Positions 24,290-37,415 of a DNA stretch of 64,000 bases are shown here, one piece after another (positions within the stretch are counted from its first letter, which is position 1; every line of letters starts with the position of its first letter). Below the pieces are notes generated by a model. That model made no database searches. It saw only the letters and a program-made list of their open reading frames with translations, and was not told the origin of the DNA. The stretch is from Phoronis australis. Its lineage: Eukaryota > Animalia > Phoronida. The position numbers and the translations under genes were made by a program. Where the stretch lies: NCBI GenBank assembly GCA_002633005.1, contig NMRA01000169.1, positions 154,397 through 218,396 on the forward strand, written 5' to 3'.

Positions 24290-25050
24290 ACAATACAATT
24301 CCAGTAGAGATGGGTCATATTTTCTGACTCTTTCTTACAAAATGAATAGAGATCTGATTGACAAGAATCATCAACACAGAAAGAGGGCGTGGTTACATGT
24401 ATCCCTAACTAAAGTAAACATTATTTGAAAACTGCAGATCTTACTCAATGTGACATATAAATTGGCGTCTTCGGCTGTGGCTGAACGTTTAAAATCGGTT
24501 TTGGGAACACTAATCAGTAAAGACCAGACAGGTTATGTTTATGGAAGAAATATGAACGCAAATATCCGCGTGCTATATCATTTAATGTTTTATGTCCAGT
24601 CAGCTAACAAACCAGGATTGCTCTTTGAGAAACCATTGATTCACTGTCGTGGAATCTTATACAAAAACCCTTTATCTTCTAATTCCTTTATTTTGATTGG
24701 TCGATCAGAAGCTGGGTAAAAGTCTTTACAGCAATATTAAGTCGTGTGTTGTCGTAAATGGCCACCCATCTTCCTGGTTCAATAGTAGGCGTGACTGCAG
24801 ACAAGGCGGCCCCTGTCTCCCTAGTGAACTTTTGTATTGTGCGCGGAGATTTTGGCATCAAGAATAATTAGCAATATTGCAGGTGTAGTTGCAAGAAATA
24901 AGGAATATTGAATTTCGCAATATGCGGACGGCACCAATTGCTTTGGATGAGTCGAATTTATCTCTGAATGCACGTTTAATGTATTACATTTGTTTGCCGG
25001 TGTATCCGGTCTCCAAGTGAATTTGTGCATAAAACAAAAGCCACGTGGTA
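24290..25050 (+). mobile_element. Decayed L1/Tx1-like LINE reverse transcriptase fragment
   Basis: Disrupted frames give GVVTCIP, YKLASSAVAERLKSVLGTLISKDQTGYVYGR, WVKSLYSNIKSCVVVNG, CRQG, FVLCAEILA, SQYADG and FAGVSGLQVN, which are the RT motifs in order. Confidence 0.85.
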
Positions 25051-26559
25051 TGGAAGTAAAACCGGTGGTGCTGACGTGTTCCTGCATTTCTGGAATATTT
25101 GTTAAGTACTAGTCAACGAGAGCACCAGTCATCCAGCGGCAAGGTGGGGGTCAGCCGATTTTCACCAAATTTGACACGTAGTCCTATGGATCTATAAACA
25201 GTAGTAAAATATTTCTCAGAAACATTACGTTCTCCAAAAGTTATAGTCATTTTACGGCTTCGCAGCCATGGTTTTATGCTATAAAAACTGTTTATTTTTA
25301 ACTGTGTAATTCTTCCTTGAATGAAAGCTATTGAACCATTATTCACTTGGCATTGTTTAGAGATGCTAACAGATTGCTATACAGATGTCTACACTCCCCC
25401 CGGTATCTCATTTTGAGGTTATAGTTAAATCCACAGCTATACCAAATCCGAGCTTTGCACACTGCTATGAGAATGAAACTTGCCCAAAATAATGACAAAA
25501 CACGTTGCTTACTTACATCGCATAAAATACAAACAATGTCAGCCAGTATATAAGTTACATGTATGCATATTGATACCTCAAATGTACTAAAATGAGAAAT
25601 TTTCAAGTATCTAGTATCGCTGCAAAAGCACGTATAAACACTCCGTCTATGTATTTTTTGATATTTTGCAATCGGGTTTGTTTCACTATATACCATCCAG
25701 GACTATAATACTCCCAGATACCAAACATGGCTTCATTTTAGTAAAAACTCGGTTTTGTCTTCCCCAGTACAAATACCCTCTGACACAGCACCACCTACAC
25801 TGAAAAGTGGCCCACCTTTCGTAGCTCTGTGAAAAGGTGTACACCGCCTATTGACTCACAGGACCTTAAGTCAACGAGACAATCTGGGGGGCATCAGTGG
25901 ACAACAGTTCTGTTATTTCAGGTACCTGTTGCAGTCTTACCCGCATAACACAACACTGTTGGTACATGGCATTCACAGTCATCAGCTGTTCCCTACATAA
26001 TTCACCTTCTCGTTTTGTAATAATCTGAATACGTGTACTTCATCACATTTGAAACACTAGAAAAGCATGATTAGGAATAAGGCCCGGGTTGTAAACAATC
26101 AAAGTGCGTCAATGAAATTAAGTATGTACGAATGGCGAGCTCCTAAAATTATTCCTCAGTGTCAGCCACTGGATTTTGGTGCTTCATACCTGAGCCCATA
26201 GGAAGTGCTGATGTTGAACCTTGATTTTACGTCTTTAGCCAATTCATAAGCTCCTTCACATCACCTGCCCTCACTTTTAAGGTTCTCTAATGTCTCGCTA
26301 CATTCCTTATGCATTTCCCAAGTGTTTCCAAAGTTGTGTCTCTAAGCAATTTGGAAAAAATGCCACATTTGATGCGGCTGACTGGGCCACCTAAATTTGC
26401 ATACCTGCACATCAGATCAGACATAATTCAACTAACGTATTGTTGCATTTGTTTGGTATTCAATGAGTTGGATACACAAATCTAGTTTAATTTTATATTT
26501 TCATGGGAACTTTTTGAGGAAAAAAGCAACTATTTAAGACCACAATAAATTAGTAAATT

Positions 26560-27755
26560 TCTTTGAACACTTGTCGTATATTGTACCTCCAAAATGTAAA
26601 GAGTTGTGTCCACTCAATAAGTAGTGTTGTTACAATAATTCTTTCAAAACTCGTCTCTTCTCGAAATTCGCCAATTGAACCAGGACGGCTTCAATATGCA
26701 CTATTTCATATCTTCGTAGTGCGGAAAAGGTTTCGATCATAACAGCTCCTTTTATTTTATCCTTTTTGATATTTCAAACAAACTCGAAGAAAACGTTTCA
26801 AGACTTTTATTTATTTGCCTGGGAGGCGATGGCAAAGCAAGAAACAGGTCAAGCAATTTTGGCAGCAAGAGAGATCTTCTTACTTTAATTCTGTCAAGAG
26901 GTGTTTGTGTTTGTGATCTCCTGGACCAGGTTAGTGTTTCTCTTACTACTTCCTTATTTTTTCATTGAAGTTCAATTTGATAATTTCGGACAGATCGCTA
27001 AAGGAAATCCCCAGAAAGATAAAGTTTGACATTGGCCAAGAAAGATTAACATTTGAACAGAAACGAGACTAACTACATTAATTAGTGCAGTATTTGACCT
27101 AAAGCCATTATCAAATCAATTCTCCACAACCCTGATAAAGATCCATAACTCCTATTCACTACAAAGGCATAAGTTTATTGTCATCAGATGTGTATCTGAG
27201 GTATACTCTAGTTAATTAATAATAGACTAATTTAATTCGCAGAAGAAAACAATTTGTTTCGCAAAGTAGATCCTACATTGACAATGTATTCACCTTATCC
27301 ACAGTCATTAAAAACAGATTACGTGGTACATTTTTCCTCAATGACCTTGCATTTAAACATTTAAATTCAGGTGTTATGCTTGACAACTTGAATTAATCTC
27401 TATTTTGTTGTTTGCAGATGACATTGAAAATGAACACAATCTTCAAATTATGCTTTACCATGTTTCCGAGTGGTGCACAATGGGAATTTCGTGTTAATGA
27501 AGGATAAAATAAATATTGTACACTTTAGAAATAAGAATTCTCGTCTCTAACTGCAATTTCACTGTTGGAAATTCAAATAATTTTGTTTAAAAATCACAGT
27601 ACAAATGCTAAAGTGTTTATTTTAACAAGTTTTTAGATTTTTAAGACACTGCTCAAATTTTTGGTGAGTCAGCAGGGCGTGCTCTCCGTGGTATAATTTC
27701 TAAATTTCATAACCTGAGAGATATTGGCTATAAAACTGTTAACCATCTCTATTTC
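26560..27755 (+). mobile_element. Decayed second LINE (non-L1 clade) RT fragment
   Basis: Pieces KAIIKSI...DKDP...YKGISLLS, FLNDL, SILLFADDI, ENEHNLQIML...EWC, KINIVHFR and AGRALRGIISKF, with many stops and deletions; clade not determined. Confidence 0.75.
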
Positions 27756-28000
27756 GCCTGGAGCTAAAACTCTGACGTCACGGATAGCGTAACCAATCCA
27801 GAAGGTCTGAGCAGGAGACAAGATTGTATCGCTGATCTAAACTACTAGTTCGAACTCTAAAAAATCCTGGCTAATACTCTGCCCTGGCCCCTCCTAACTA
27901 AAATCCTGGATCCGCCCCCGCTTGCTACACTTCAGCGAGAGGCAAATTTTGATCAGTTCTTGAGGTGAACGCGGACAAATTTTTTGAATGGGGTCGTAAA

Positions 28001-28300
28001 AGCTGTAAGAGTGTGGGCGACCGAATGACTCGAGTTGTCCCCAGTCGCCAAAACTGTCATCCGTCACCACACTTGTCTCGGAGGTACATTACTTCGAGCT
28101 GGCTCGCCCCCAGGGTAACCCCGTACAGGACGAACGAACTTTGAAAGGGCCTAGCAGCTACGCAGAGTTGCCCGTTTTATACGGGACTCCCGGACTAGGC
28201 CGAAGCTTAGATAAACTGGCTTCGCGAGTGCATCGCTGCAATATTGCATTAGGAATACGGTTTTCAGAAAATAAAAATAGGGTTACCGCTTGATATTAGC
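28001..28300 (-). ncRNA. Candidate structured ncRNA with H/ACA-like 3' domain (family unassigned)
   Basis: Consecutive hairpins whose G-U pairs work only on the minus strand; ANANNA (AGACAA, 28078..28073), a 64-nt hairpin, then ACA+3 nt (28006..28001); TAACCCTA at 28285..28278. Confidence 0.35.
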
Positions 28301-30879
28301 AAAGCAAGATGAACTATATTTCAGAGAAAGGGTGGACTTTCGTGGCACGTACCTGTGAACTAATTGTTATTTCGTATGATTTCCAACTCAGGCCTGTTTC
28401 TGGCCATCGGAGGAAGTTTCTTGCGAGATCACTCAAACGAGAAAGCCGGTTATCAAACTAGCTTATACTCGCAAGGATCGACGGAACGATCGTCCCGGGT
28501 TAAGTATTTTAACGCGGCAGGCTGGCTTATCGAACGTATTGTTTCAACTGATTTTTGTAAGGCAGCTAGGGGGCAATGTGGCACAAGCTTTTCCATTCTG
28601 TCATTCTATTGCGAGCGATGCTAACCTTTCCATTTGGCTTTTGTCATTTCGCTATCAAAGCAATATAAAATGTCTCACTGACTAAACTATTGTCCTTTCA
28701 TGGAAATGGTCTGGTTATGACCAAGAAAACTTGAATGGGAAAAAGGAACCTTTCAATGGTTTATTCTTTTTCCTGACAGCGTTGGTACAATTATGCAGAT
28801 GCAAAAATATAAAAATAGATATTTCCTGTCACCAGAAACAATACAAGGAATATCATAATCTACAGCTGCACATACAGACACAATGACTGATTTGCTATAC
28901 ATACATATATGCATCTTATACCTCTACTCCCAACCACAATAACAGCAATGGAGCCCAGTGGTGTATCACCAGACGAAAAGCTCATCCAAGCTATTGGACT
29001 TGAGTAGCCAATAGGAACACTTTGTACAGGTGATGCACTCTACCAAGAAAAGAACATTGGGAAAGGGCCATCTACAATGGAATGGCTTATTGAAACATCA
29101 AACCCATAAGAATGACTTAAAACTTTAAAAAATCCAGAAACTTCCAGGTGTGACCCTGGCACAATTCCTCTCACCTACCTGGTAGTGCTCACATAAACGC
29201 GCACTTACCCATATTAACAATTGCATGCTGGGAAGACAATGCAAGCGTGAAATGGTAAACAAAACTGGTGCATTGCAAAGTTCTTTTCAAGCTCGTGTCC
29301 AGTTGCATGAAACAGTACCAAATAGGGACTCAGTTAAGTTACCTAAATCTACCGAGTATTTGTGGAGTTCTTAAAACACTCACTGTGCATTCTTATGCTG
29401 TTTTAGTTTTACTACAAAGACAATGTTTTACTTTGGTGCAAAACGATACCTTGAATTATCAATATTATTGCAAAAATTGGCAGGAGTCTTTTGTGCAATG
29501 CTCCTAATTCATGGCCTCAGTACCAATTTATGTTCAATGGAATAAGGCCTCATTTTCAGTTATATTGTTAAAAATATCACAAGTAAAGGAGAAGCTCATG
29601 GTAAAGATAAAATGGTAAAAAAGGATATATGAATGGGTAAAGAATGTCACAAATACGCAAAATAGTTCGGGAACTTTGTTGAGTCCCTACATGAGACTGT
29701 TCCATGCAACCAGGCATAGCACTATTCTGCAATTTTTGATGCAAAACACTGCTTTATGTATCACAGCTAAACATTATTCATTGGAACAACTGCATAAATC
29801 ATTACACTAATGCCAAGTATCACCAGTTTTAACATATTAAGCAACATGGCTGAAAACAAGCCATGTTGTGAGATTGTGCCCAACATGGAGCCAATAGCTG
29901 GTATGAAATTCTACATTCAATATACCAACATACATTAAATATATCATGACTGAGACTAAGAAACAAGAGCAAGAGCGTGAAACAGTGGAATGTAAAAACA
30001 GTTAAATACAATGGATATGTATGTCAAGCTAGCAAGACCTGAGCAGTTGTTCACCGCCACCGATGATAAATGAACATGACTTGTACATGCAGTGGCTAAA
30101 GGAATATACACCATAACTTACTGTAAACTTTGAAATAAAAATTACTTTGATAAGCAATCTATAACTTGCAACAACATCTAGATGAATCTAGTTGGTTGTT
30201 TTTGTAACCTTCAACTTTAATAACCACCATCACAACTAACTGACAGGTGGAACTACGTGTGGTGTTGCATACAATACTGTCATGTTACCCTACAATGTAG
30301 AACCTCAGCATATTTAACAGACTTTTCAGTACAAAACTGATAACAAAATCAACAGCCAAAACACCCAAGTTAGCTAATACCAAATGTTTCCATTTATCAA
30401 CAGAGTACTAAGAGGTGTTGCCATTACACCAACTACAGCTTGTAATTCTTCACGTATTTCACATCTAATGATTGCCAAACAATGTTAATTTTCTAAAGCT
30501 TGTTACCTTGATTCAATTTATGGAATTTTCACCAAATGTTGTTTGACGAAATCTAATCACTTAAAACTAATTTAATAAATTCCGTATCAATAGACTATCA
30601 TTTTTATTCTTCATTTTGTTGAGAAATTTTACTAAATGAAACTTCACTTTTCCACCATTTTTTGTGCTAAATATGTTAAGAATTCTGACAACGGCTCAAT
30701 CATGGCGTGTGTTAACCATGTGCTTGGTGACTGATGAAGTGTTGTCTGAAGTGGTGCACCCAACGTACAACAATATGCATACTCTCCACAAACAAAGATG
30801 GTTACACACACTGTTAAGACAGTTCAATGTCCAGCACCATCCTACTAGCAAAAGGTATTATGTGAGTGTCTGCATAACT

Positions 30880-31130
30880 TGAAGCTAATAAGGTGCAAGA
30901 CTTCTTAACACATTCTACACTAATGATATGTGAGGTGAAAAGCAACCTGGCAACATCTGCTCAGATGGCATATTTGTAAATCTATCCAGATGATGCACAA
31001 GGTTCAAGACATATTTGCACTACTCAGAGGACATATGAGGTACAATACATCTTCGTATCACCTACCACATGACATATATGAGGTGCAAGGAATTTTTGCA
31101 CCATCTAGCCGGACAACAAGATATCTTTGT
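30880..31130. repeat. Highly degenerate tandem repeat (~44 bp)
   Basis: Recurring (G)ACATATG/ATATGTGAGGTG..AAG..ATCTT words. Confidence 0.4.
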
Positions 31131-31274
31131 GTCATTGACCCAGATGGCAACCTGGCACCCCCTACCATTGGTTGATGTCAGTGATGAAGCCTTTAGGCGT
31201 GGTCATGCGATCCACAGGTCGAAGACTGCGAGAGTTACCCTTAACAAGCCTAGGAAGAACAGACCATAACATAA

Positions 31275-31391
31275 TCAACTACTGCCAACTGCAGGGTATG
31301 TGTAGTGTTCATTTCAACTACTGCCAACTGCAGGGTCTCTGTAGTGTTCATTTCAACTACTGCCAACTGCAGGGTCTATGTAGTGTTCATT
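31275..31391. repeat. 39-bp tandem repeat x3
   Basis: TCAACTACTGCCAACTGCAGGGT(A/C)T(G/C/A)TGTAGTGTTCATT three times. Confidence 0.95.
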
Positions 31392-32451
31392 GTGGCAGTT
31401 CAATGTAATACAATGACCAGTAGGAAGTGAGGAAGAAAAGTACTTACTAAGCCACAGGTACTTGTCTCCACTGTACTAGCACAGCTGTGTCATTACTTGT
31501 ATATAATGTATACAATGGAGATATGAGAAAAGGTGAGGCTAACATCATTTCTGTGACCCCGATGTATTAATCAAACTTTTGTATAATCATTTTAACACTA
31601 TATATTTGTGTTGCACATTTGGATAAAACCAGACCCAAGGTTTTCAATTATAATCCATAGAAGAAAATATCGACATTCTGATTTTGACCACAATGGCCTC
31701 CACTAGTTCCTTAGTGATTTTTGATGTGGCAAAACTGATGGCTTATTATAATTCTTGGATAAAGCTCTGCAAATCAAATGACACGCACTGACAAGACAAC
31801 GTGTAGGACCTGGTCTATATCAATAAACTGTCAGTTGTTTCCAAACCCACAAAACGAATTAATTTTTTGACAATCTCATTTAAAACTCAATCACAAATTG
31901 GGTCATATAAGCATGTTATATTTCCCGAAAGTGGAGAGATTGTAAAATTTGATTTTTTGACATTTTAAAATTCTGCCACTAATTGGGACACATAACCATG
32001 TCTTTATATCATATTTTAGAAAAAAGAAAATTAGGTACATTGACAGCAAACAATGACATCAATAACACGACCAAGATTCATTTGATAATATTCAAGATGA
32101 ACTCTCAAAAATACAGGCAATGTGTTTTTAAATAATAATCAATTTATTGATATTTTTGAAGAAAACCTTGAGTACTATTTCTGATAAACCTTCATGCAAA
32201 AGTGAAAAATTTTAAAAACAATTTGTAAAAGTGTTTTCAATAAGTGCACAAAGTTTCATGTGAATCTGATTAGTCGTTTCTGAGATGTAAAGTTCGACAA
32301 GTTTGTCTTTTAGTCACAAATTCTCAATTTACACAGTTTGAACAGAAAAGTTCCTTAAAAATGCCCACAAGTTCCTTAGATGTGCCCAATATGTTGGTGA
32401 ACATCCTGCTACATAGTTTCAGCACTAACAAAACACTATATCAAACCTTAA

Positions 32452-34067
32452 AAGGGAACTGTATTTTATTCTGAATAAATTTTGGATAGTTTTCTATGAA
32501 TTGCTGATTATTTAAAATAATTCAACAACAAAAAGTTAACTTTTATTCTCTAACGAAGCCCAAAAAAATTACAGGCTTGGAGCGCTGCTTCTCGTGACGT
32601 ATTTAGAGGGGGCAAAGTCACTGTCCTGTGTTAGTGTGCAGTCAAGTGGCATTTTTCATATTGTCGGAATAAGAAATCTTAGTGTGAAATGTCGGGTCAC
32701 CAGGGATACCTGTTTAAACCAAGGCAACATAAAGTGATACCCAGTCGTCATCATCGTCAGATGAAAATTTGCCGGTGCAACCAATCCGTATCAACAATTT
32801 ACACTGGTGAGACTGTGCCGTGGGCAGTGTGGACTCTAGCCAACCAGTCAGCGAGCTGCCAGCCAATACTCAGCTCTGTAAACTTGAAGGGTTAGTTAGC
32901 GACTGTAGCTGTATCCAAGCTATCGCACCACTGTGTGTTGAGCTTCGTTAACCCCGAAATTTCAGACAGCCGTTGACTACCCGGGTATAGTTGACTTATG
33001 CTCGTCACCTCGACGTAAAACTAAGGCTACCTCAACATATAAAGCTAACAGACCGGCAGGGGCGCATGCAAAATCTGGTATACACTGACAATCACATTAA
33101 ATCTGGTATACATCCGTACAACAATCACATTGTTCGTTGCAGCCGGTTAAGTGGAAAACAATCAAATAAACGTCATTTGGTAGCATAATTTGCTGCCTTT
33201 TGTAACAAAGAAGTGGGTCATCCTTTTCAAAAACAGCACGATTGTGACACGGAGCACGTGCCATTTCTTAAAAATTTGAGACGTCTTTCAAGGTTGTTCT
33301 AAAATTTGGTTTGCTGGTATAAAAATACTAAAAACTTGTAACGAAATGAAACAAGGCCCGATAATTTGTTGTAACATGTACGCAACCTAGGTACCGGCAA
33401 CGACAAACACTTGATAAAAGAATCGGGGGAAAAGAAGTAAAGGTTAGGTGACGTATAATCGCAAAAAGTCGACTCAAGAGAACACATCAGAATTTTAGCA
33501 GCAGCTGATGAACTATCACTAACTTTTCCAACACCGGTAAATACTGAAGTTAGTTTACTCTAGGTTCACTCAAGGACGAAATTAGTTTGAATGACATTAA
33601 TTTTGAGTCAGATTTTATTTGTCCATTTTTTACCCATATTGGCTCAAACCTGTAGGTCTATATTTAGTATACAGCTTTGAGCCAAGGCTTGGGTAACCCG
33701 GGGATGGTATGCGATGACCATCCCTTTAGAAGACACCTATTTCGAAGAGTTTGAGCAACCAGGTGCCATACACAAAGGCATAGCAAACCTTTTACAGCAC
33801 TGAGGCAAACAATAAAAAACAAGGACGATTGATACAATGATAAATTACGATGTAGACTCTCCAAATATGACATAAGCAATGAATGTGTAAAGCAGCCGAT
33901 ACCCCGCCGTTCACGTCACTGACACATCAGCCAATCAACGATTGCTTTCAGGATTCAGTGTTTTAACCCTGAATACGAATCGGCTTTTGTTTGGCACGCA
34001 AGTCAGGCAAATGTGAGTGTATGTTAGAACCAGTTAACTGCAACATTATTTTGACTACAGTCCCCTT
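32452..34067 (+). mobile_element. Kolobok-like non-autonomous DNA transposon (TTAA TSD) with decayed cargo ORF
   Basis: TTAA|AAGGGAACTGTA ... TACAGTCCCCTT|TTAA terminal inverted repeats; internal broken ORF GYLFKP...RINNLHW*DC. Confidence 0.6.
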
Positions 34068-35685
34068 TTAAGGTAGACCGAGTACTACTGTACAGTAGGA
34101 CCGAGACACCAATTGTTCAGTGAACATGCACGCCACGTGGTACTCACCTGCCAGAACTAATCTTGGTACTGCTAATGGTCATTCCATCCATCGGTGATTC
34201 CCCCTTCATACCGTCAATCTGTGTCTGACTTCGTGATATGCCATCCAGCCTTAAAGCTAAACCAAATGAACTTCAGATGAGTGTCAACAGGCAAAATGAA
34301 CAGAAAGGTGAATCATTCTTGAAAACACGTCTGACATTGGAAGTGATAGTGAGCCCTGACATTTTTCATAGGGAAATTTGCTTGCAAACACAAAGAAGTT
34401 AATACATTCTATAAAAATTCGTCAATTTGGGCCAAAAATAATTGCTAAAACTGCCATATTTCTATTTTCCAGAGGCTCACCACACTGTTGCAAATGCTCG
34501 AAATTTTATCTGTTAATTGGTAATAGCTCCGCCATACAAACCACGCTAAAACCAAAGTATATTTTCCTAAAAAATTATTTTTGTTAAGAAATTTAGCAAT
34601 TAGTGAAATTTCACCTGGCCCCCAAGTTATCCTAAACTGAAGAATTTTAACACAAATGCTGCCAAATGTGGATGTGTTAAGATTTTGGAAAAGCACAATG
34701 TGATGCAAAGTAGTTCTAAAGCAAAGCTCGCGACTTATTTTGATCGTACATTTCCCTTGTACTCTATGTGACGGTTGCTACAGGCATTGTGGTTTGTGTT
34801 TTGTAAGCTAACTGATGTCACCATACAAGTGAAACTTGGATGTAGTTAGTATCTCTATTAACTTGTCACAATTGCATAAAAGTTAAATGGTGTGCAGCAG
34901 CCGGTGTGGAAAAGTGATGTCATCAAGAGTGCTCCAAAGAATTGGCGGACATCACATTGTGCATCATAATACTATTTAATTAAGAGAAGTCAAAATTACT
35001 ATTAATTAATTCATCAATAGATTTTATGCAATTCATTAAGAGCTACAGCTTCCCGTGACAAATGGCAATTAAAAAGTTCTTTTTTGACTTAAGGTGCTGT
35101 TGATTAAAGAAATGAATATGTCCCACAGATTGACAAGAAGCTCGAACAAATTACTGCAAAACACAATAGGAAGCCAGCCAGAAATTTTCAAACGGAATGT
35201 CAGTGATATTTGAGAGGAAAATATCTTATCAACTTTGTTTTGAAAACTATTCTGACCATGACTGCAGCTAAAACAATCAGAGTAATCAAAAGTACCAAGA
35301 AGATAACATACTACAGTACAAGCCTACAGTACTGAGACATAATGACCTGTCATGGAGGCAGGTAAATTCATCACCAAAGCTTCCTTCATGACCAAGAATT
35401 AAGTTGAATTAACAGTATGATGAAATCTCAGTAATGTCAAACAAAAACAATTGCCAAAAGTGTATTTTCCTAGTTCAAGGCCCTCTAATATTGTTGTGAG
35501 TGACCAAAATTTTCAAAACTTTGTTTGACGTTAGTTGTGGAACAGATTTTTAAGCCGGTATATCATTTAATTTTCTACTGCATGTTTCACAAAGAAATAA
35601 AATGTCACTTGTATACCATATTGTGTCCTAAACTGATGAGATTTTAGCATACTAAGAATTTTGCGCCACAAAGTCATTAGCAGTC

Positions 35686-35750
35686 ATTTTGCCACCACAA
35701 AGTCATTAGCAGTCACTTTGTCGCCATAGAGTCACTAGCAGTCATTTTCC
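35686..35750. repeat. ~29-bp tandem repeat x3
   Basis: CCACAAAGTCATTAGCAGTCA(T/C)TTTG repeated. Confidence 0.85.
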
Positions 35751-36389
35751 AGTAGACAGAATTAGGCGCCATGTCAGAGAAAGTGTTTTGTTAGATAACT
35801 CTTGTCATGTAATGTACCTCTTTGGTTTTGTACAAATCACAAAGTACGCCAATGGTATATGTCACATGGTAACATAAAGTCCCCAAACATTGACAAGCAG
35901 CCTGTATGCAGTTTAAGCACAGAATAGCATTCAATTGGGCTCTATTACATACACAACATGTTCACTAAAACTATGTCTTGTTTGTGTTTTACAGACTGAA
36001 ATGAGTCACAAATAATTTCGAGACAGTCTAACATTTTTCATAACGGCATCTTGCGTGTGATTTGTTACAGTCATCGACAGAGATGTGAAGACCTTACCAA
36101 TGGCTACAGAACATTTACACACAGAGTGGTACCCTTTCGGCAAAAGAAGAACCCATTCCCACTTCTCCTGCGCCTACTTTGCACACTCTCTGCATGTGGT
36201 TGTAAATCAGTGTGTACTCTTATTGTGTGGGAAGCGTTTTATGATTAAGAAAGGTTCTGGTCAAGGTAAGGGTACCACTTTTGTCGTAAGTGTCCTAAGA
36301 ACATTGTTAAGTATTTGATTACTAATGCCGCTAATAAAGCAAGCTGTTCAAGCCACTAGCCTTGTGAAGCTATGCTCCACAGAATACAT

Positions 36390-36654
36390 CTATCTACCTA
36401 AGTGAGGTGCTGTGTGGTGTGCAGCAAGCGATCTAATGCCTCCCCCAGTCAGACTAAGACTGGTGTTACCCCTCTGGAGATTGGCACCTGGGGTCTTGAG
36501 CTGGGGTGTACGTAGGGCCATGGGGATGAACTTTGAACTGTTGGTTGTGTGAGGGTTAAAGGGCAGCTCAGGGTCAAGCTTCACACGAGTGCTATGATTC
36601 GCTGATGACAGTTGAGTGGCAGCAGCAAGTTGCTTAGGAATCTTCTTGGAAGGC
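36390..36654 (-). CDS. ARM-repeat + 3xFN3 protein, terminal exon (stop TAG)
   Basis: tattgcAG acceptor, phase 2 matches the previous exon; PSKKIPKQL...HLGR*. Confidence 0.75.
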
Positions 36655-37351
36655 CTGCAATACATAATCAGCAAATGAATAATAACTATACAGCAATACA
36701 ATCCTGACTTGACCAAGCACTTTAGTGCTCATTTCGCAATGAAATTAGGACCAATGGCACATAAAAATATGGCACATCTACGACACCAAATACTTATTCT
36801 GCAATTGGTTAAAACACTGTAAATTAATCTAAATTCACTTTGGTTTTTATGCCCAACATATTAGGCAGATGCCATCTAACTGTGAACCATATCTAAAACA
36901 TCTGGGATGCTAAGAAAATACGAAACATTTCATTTTATTGATGGTGCCTCTATATCTACCGGTATTTGTCTGTTAGTGTCTAAGGTGCTTAATCAAATCC
37001 CAGCACTTATTCAAGGCCTAGTCTAATTTTGCACTGAACATTTAACTCGAGCAGCTAATTCAAAAACAACACATGAGCAAGTGCTTCATTGGGCCAATGC
37101 AGCAATGGCATTTGAAATGCAACTGCAATGTCTATACTATTTATCAAATGACACTTTGAACAAACAGATAATTATAACTGTCCACTGAATGAGACATTTC
37201 TCGCTTGTTACATATTCATTAAAACATGCCAATTCAAAATTAGATATGGCTAATATATTCAAATTTATAAGTGAAATTTGATAAAAACATCATCCAATTA
37301 TCAGCTGGTAGCACTACTTGATAATATATTCTTTAGTAACTGACAGCAAAA

Positions 37352-37415
37352 GCATCAAAATCACAAGGAGTGGCTCCAGGGCATCAAAATCACTAGGAGT
37401 GGCTCCAGGGCATCC
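37352..37415. repeat. Short tandem duplication (~29 bp x2)
   Basis: GCATCAAAATCAC(A/T)AGGAGTGGCTCCAGG twice. Confidence 0.85.

Noticed and set aside
27801-27811. GAAGGTCTGAG resembling RNase P RNA CR-I
   Set aside because: No matching CR-V/P4 partner downstream
14598-27920. Inverted hAT-MITE-like ends (CAGTGGCGGATCTAGGAT / ATCCTGGATCCGCCCCCG) bracketing the A+B TRPV pair as a composite transposon
   Set aside because: No TSD, the ends are mismatched, and such termini are common, so chance co-occurrence is likely
27977-27987. Sm-site-like AATTTTTTG
   Set aside because: No snRNA-like sequence around it, and it is on the opposite strand to the favoured fold
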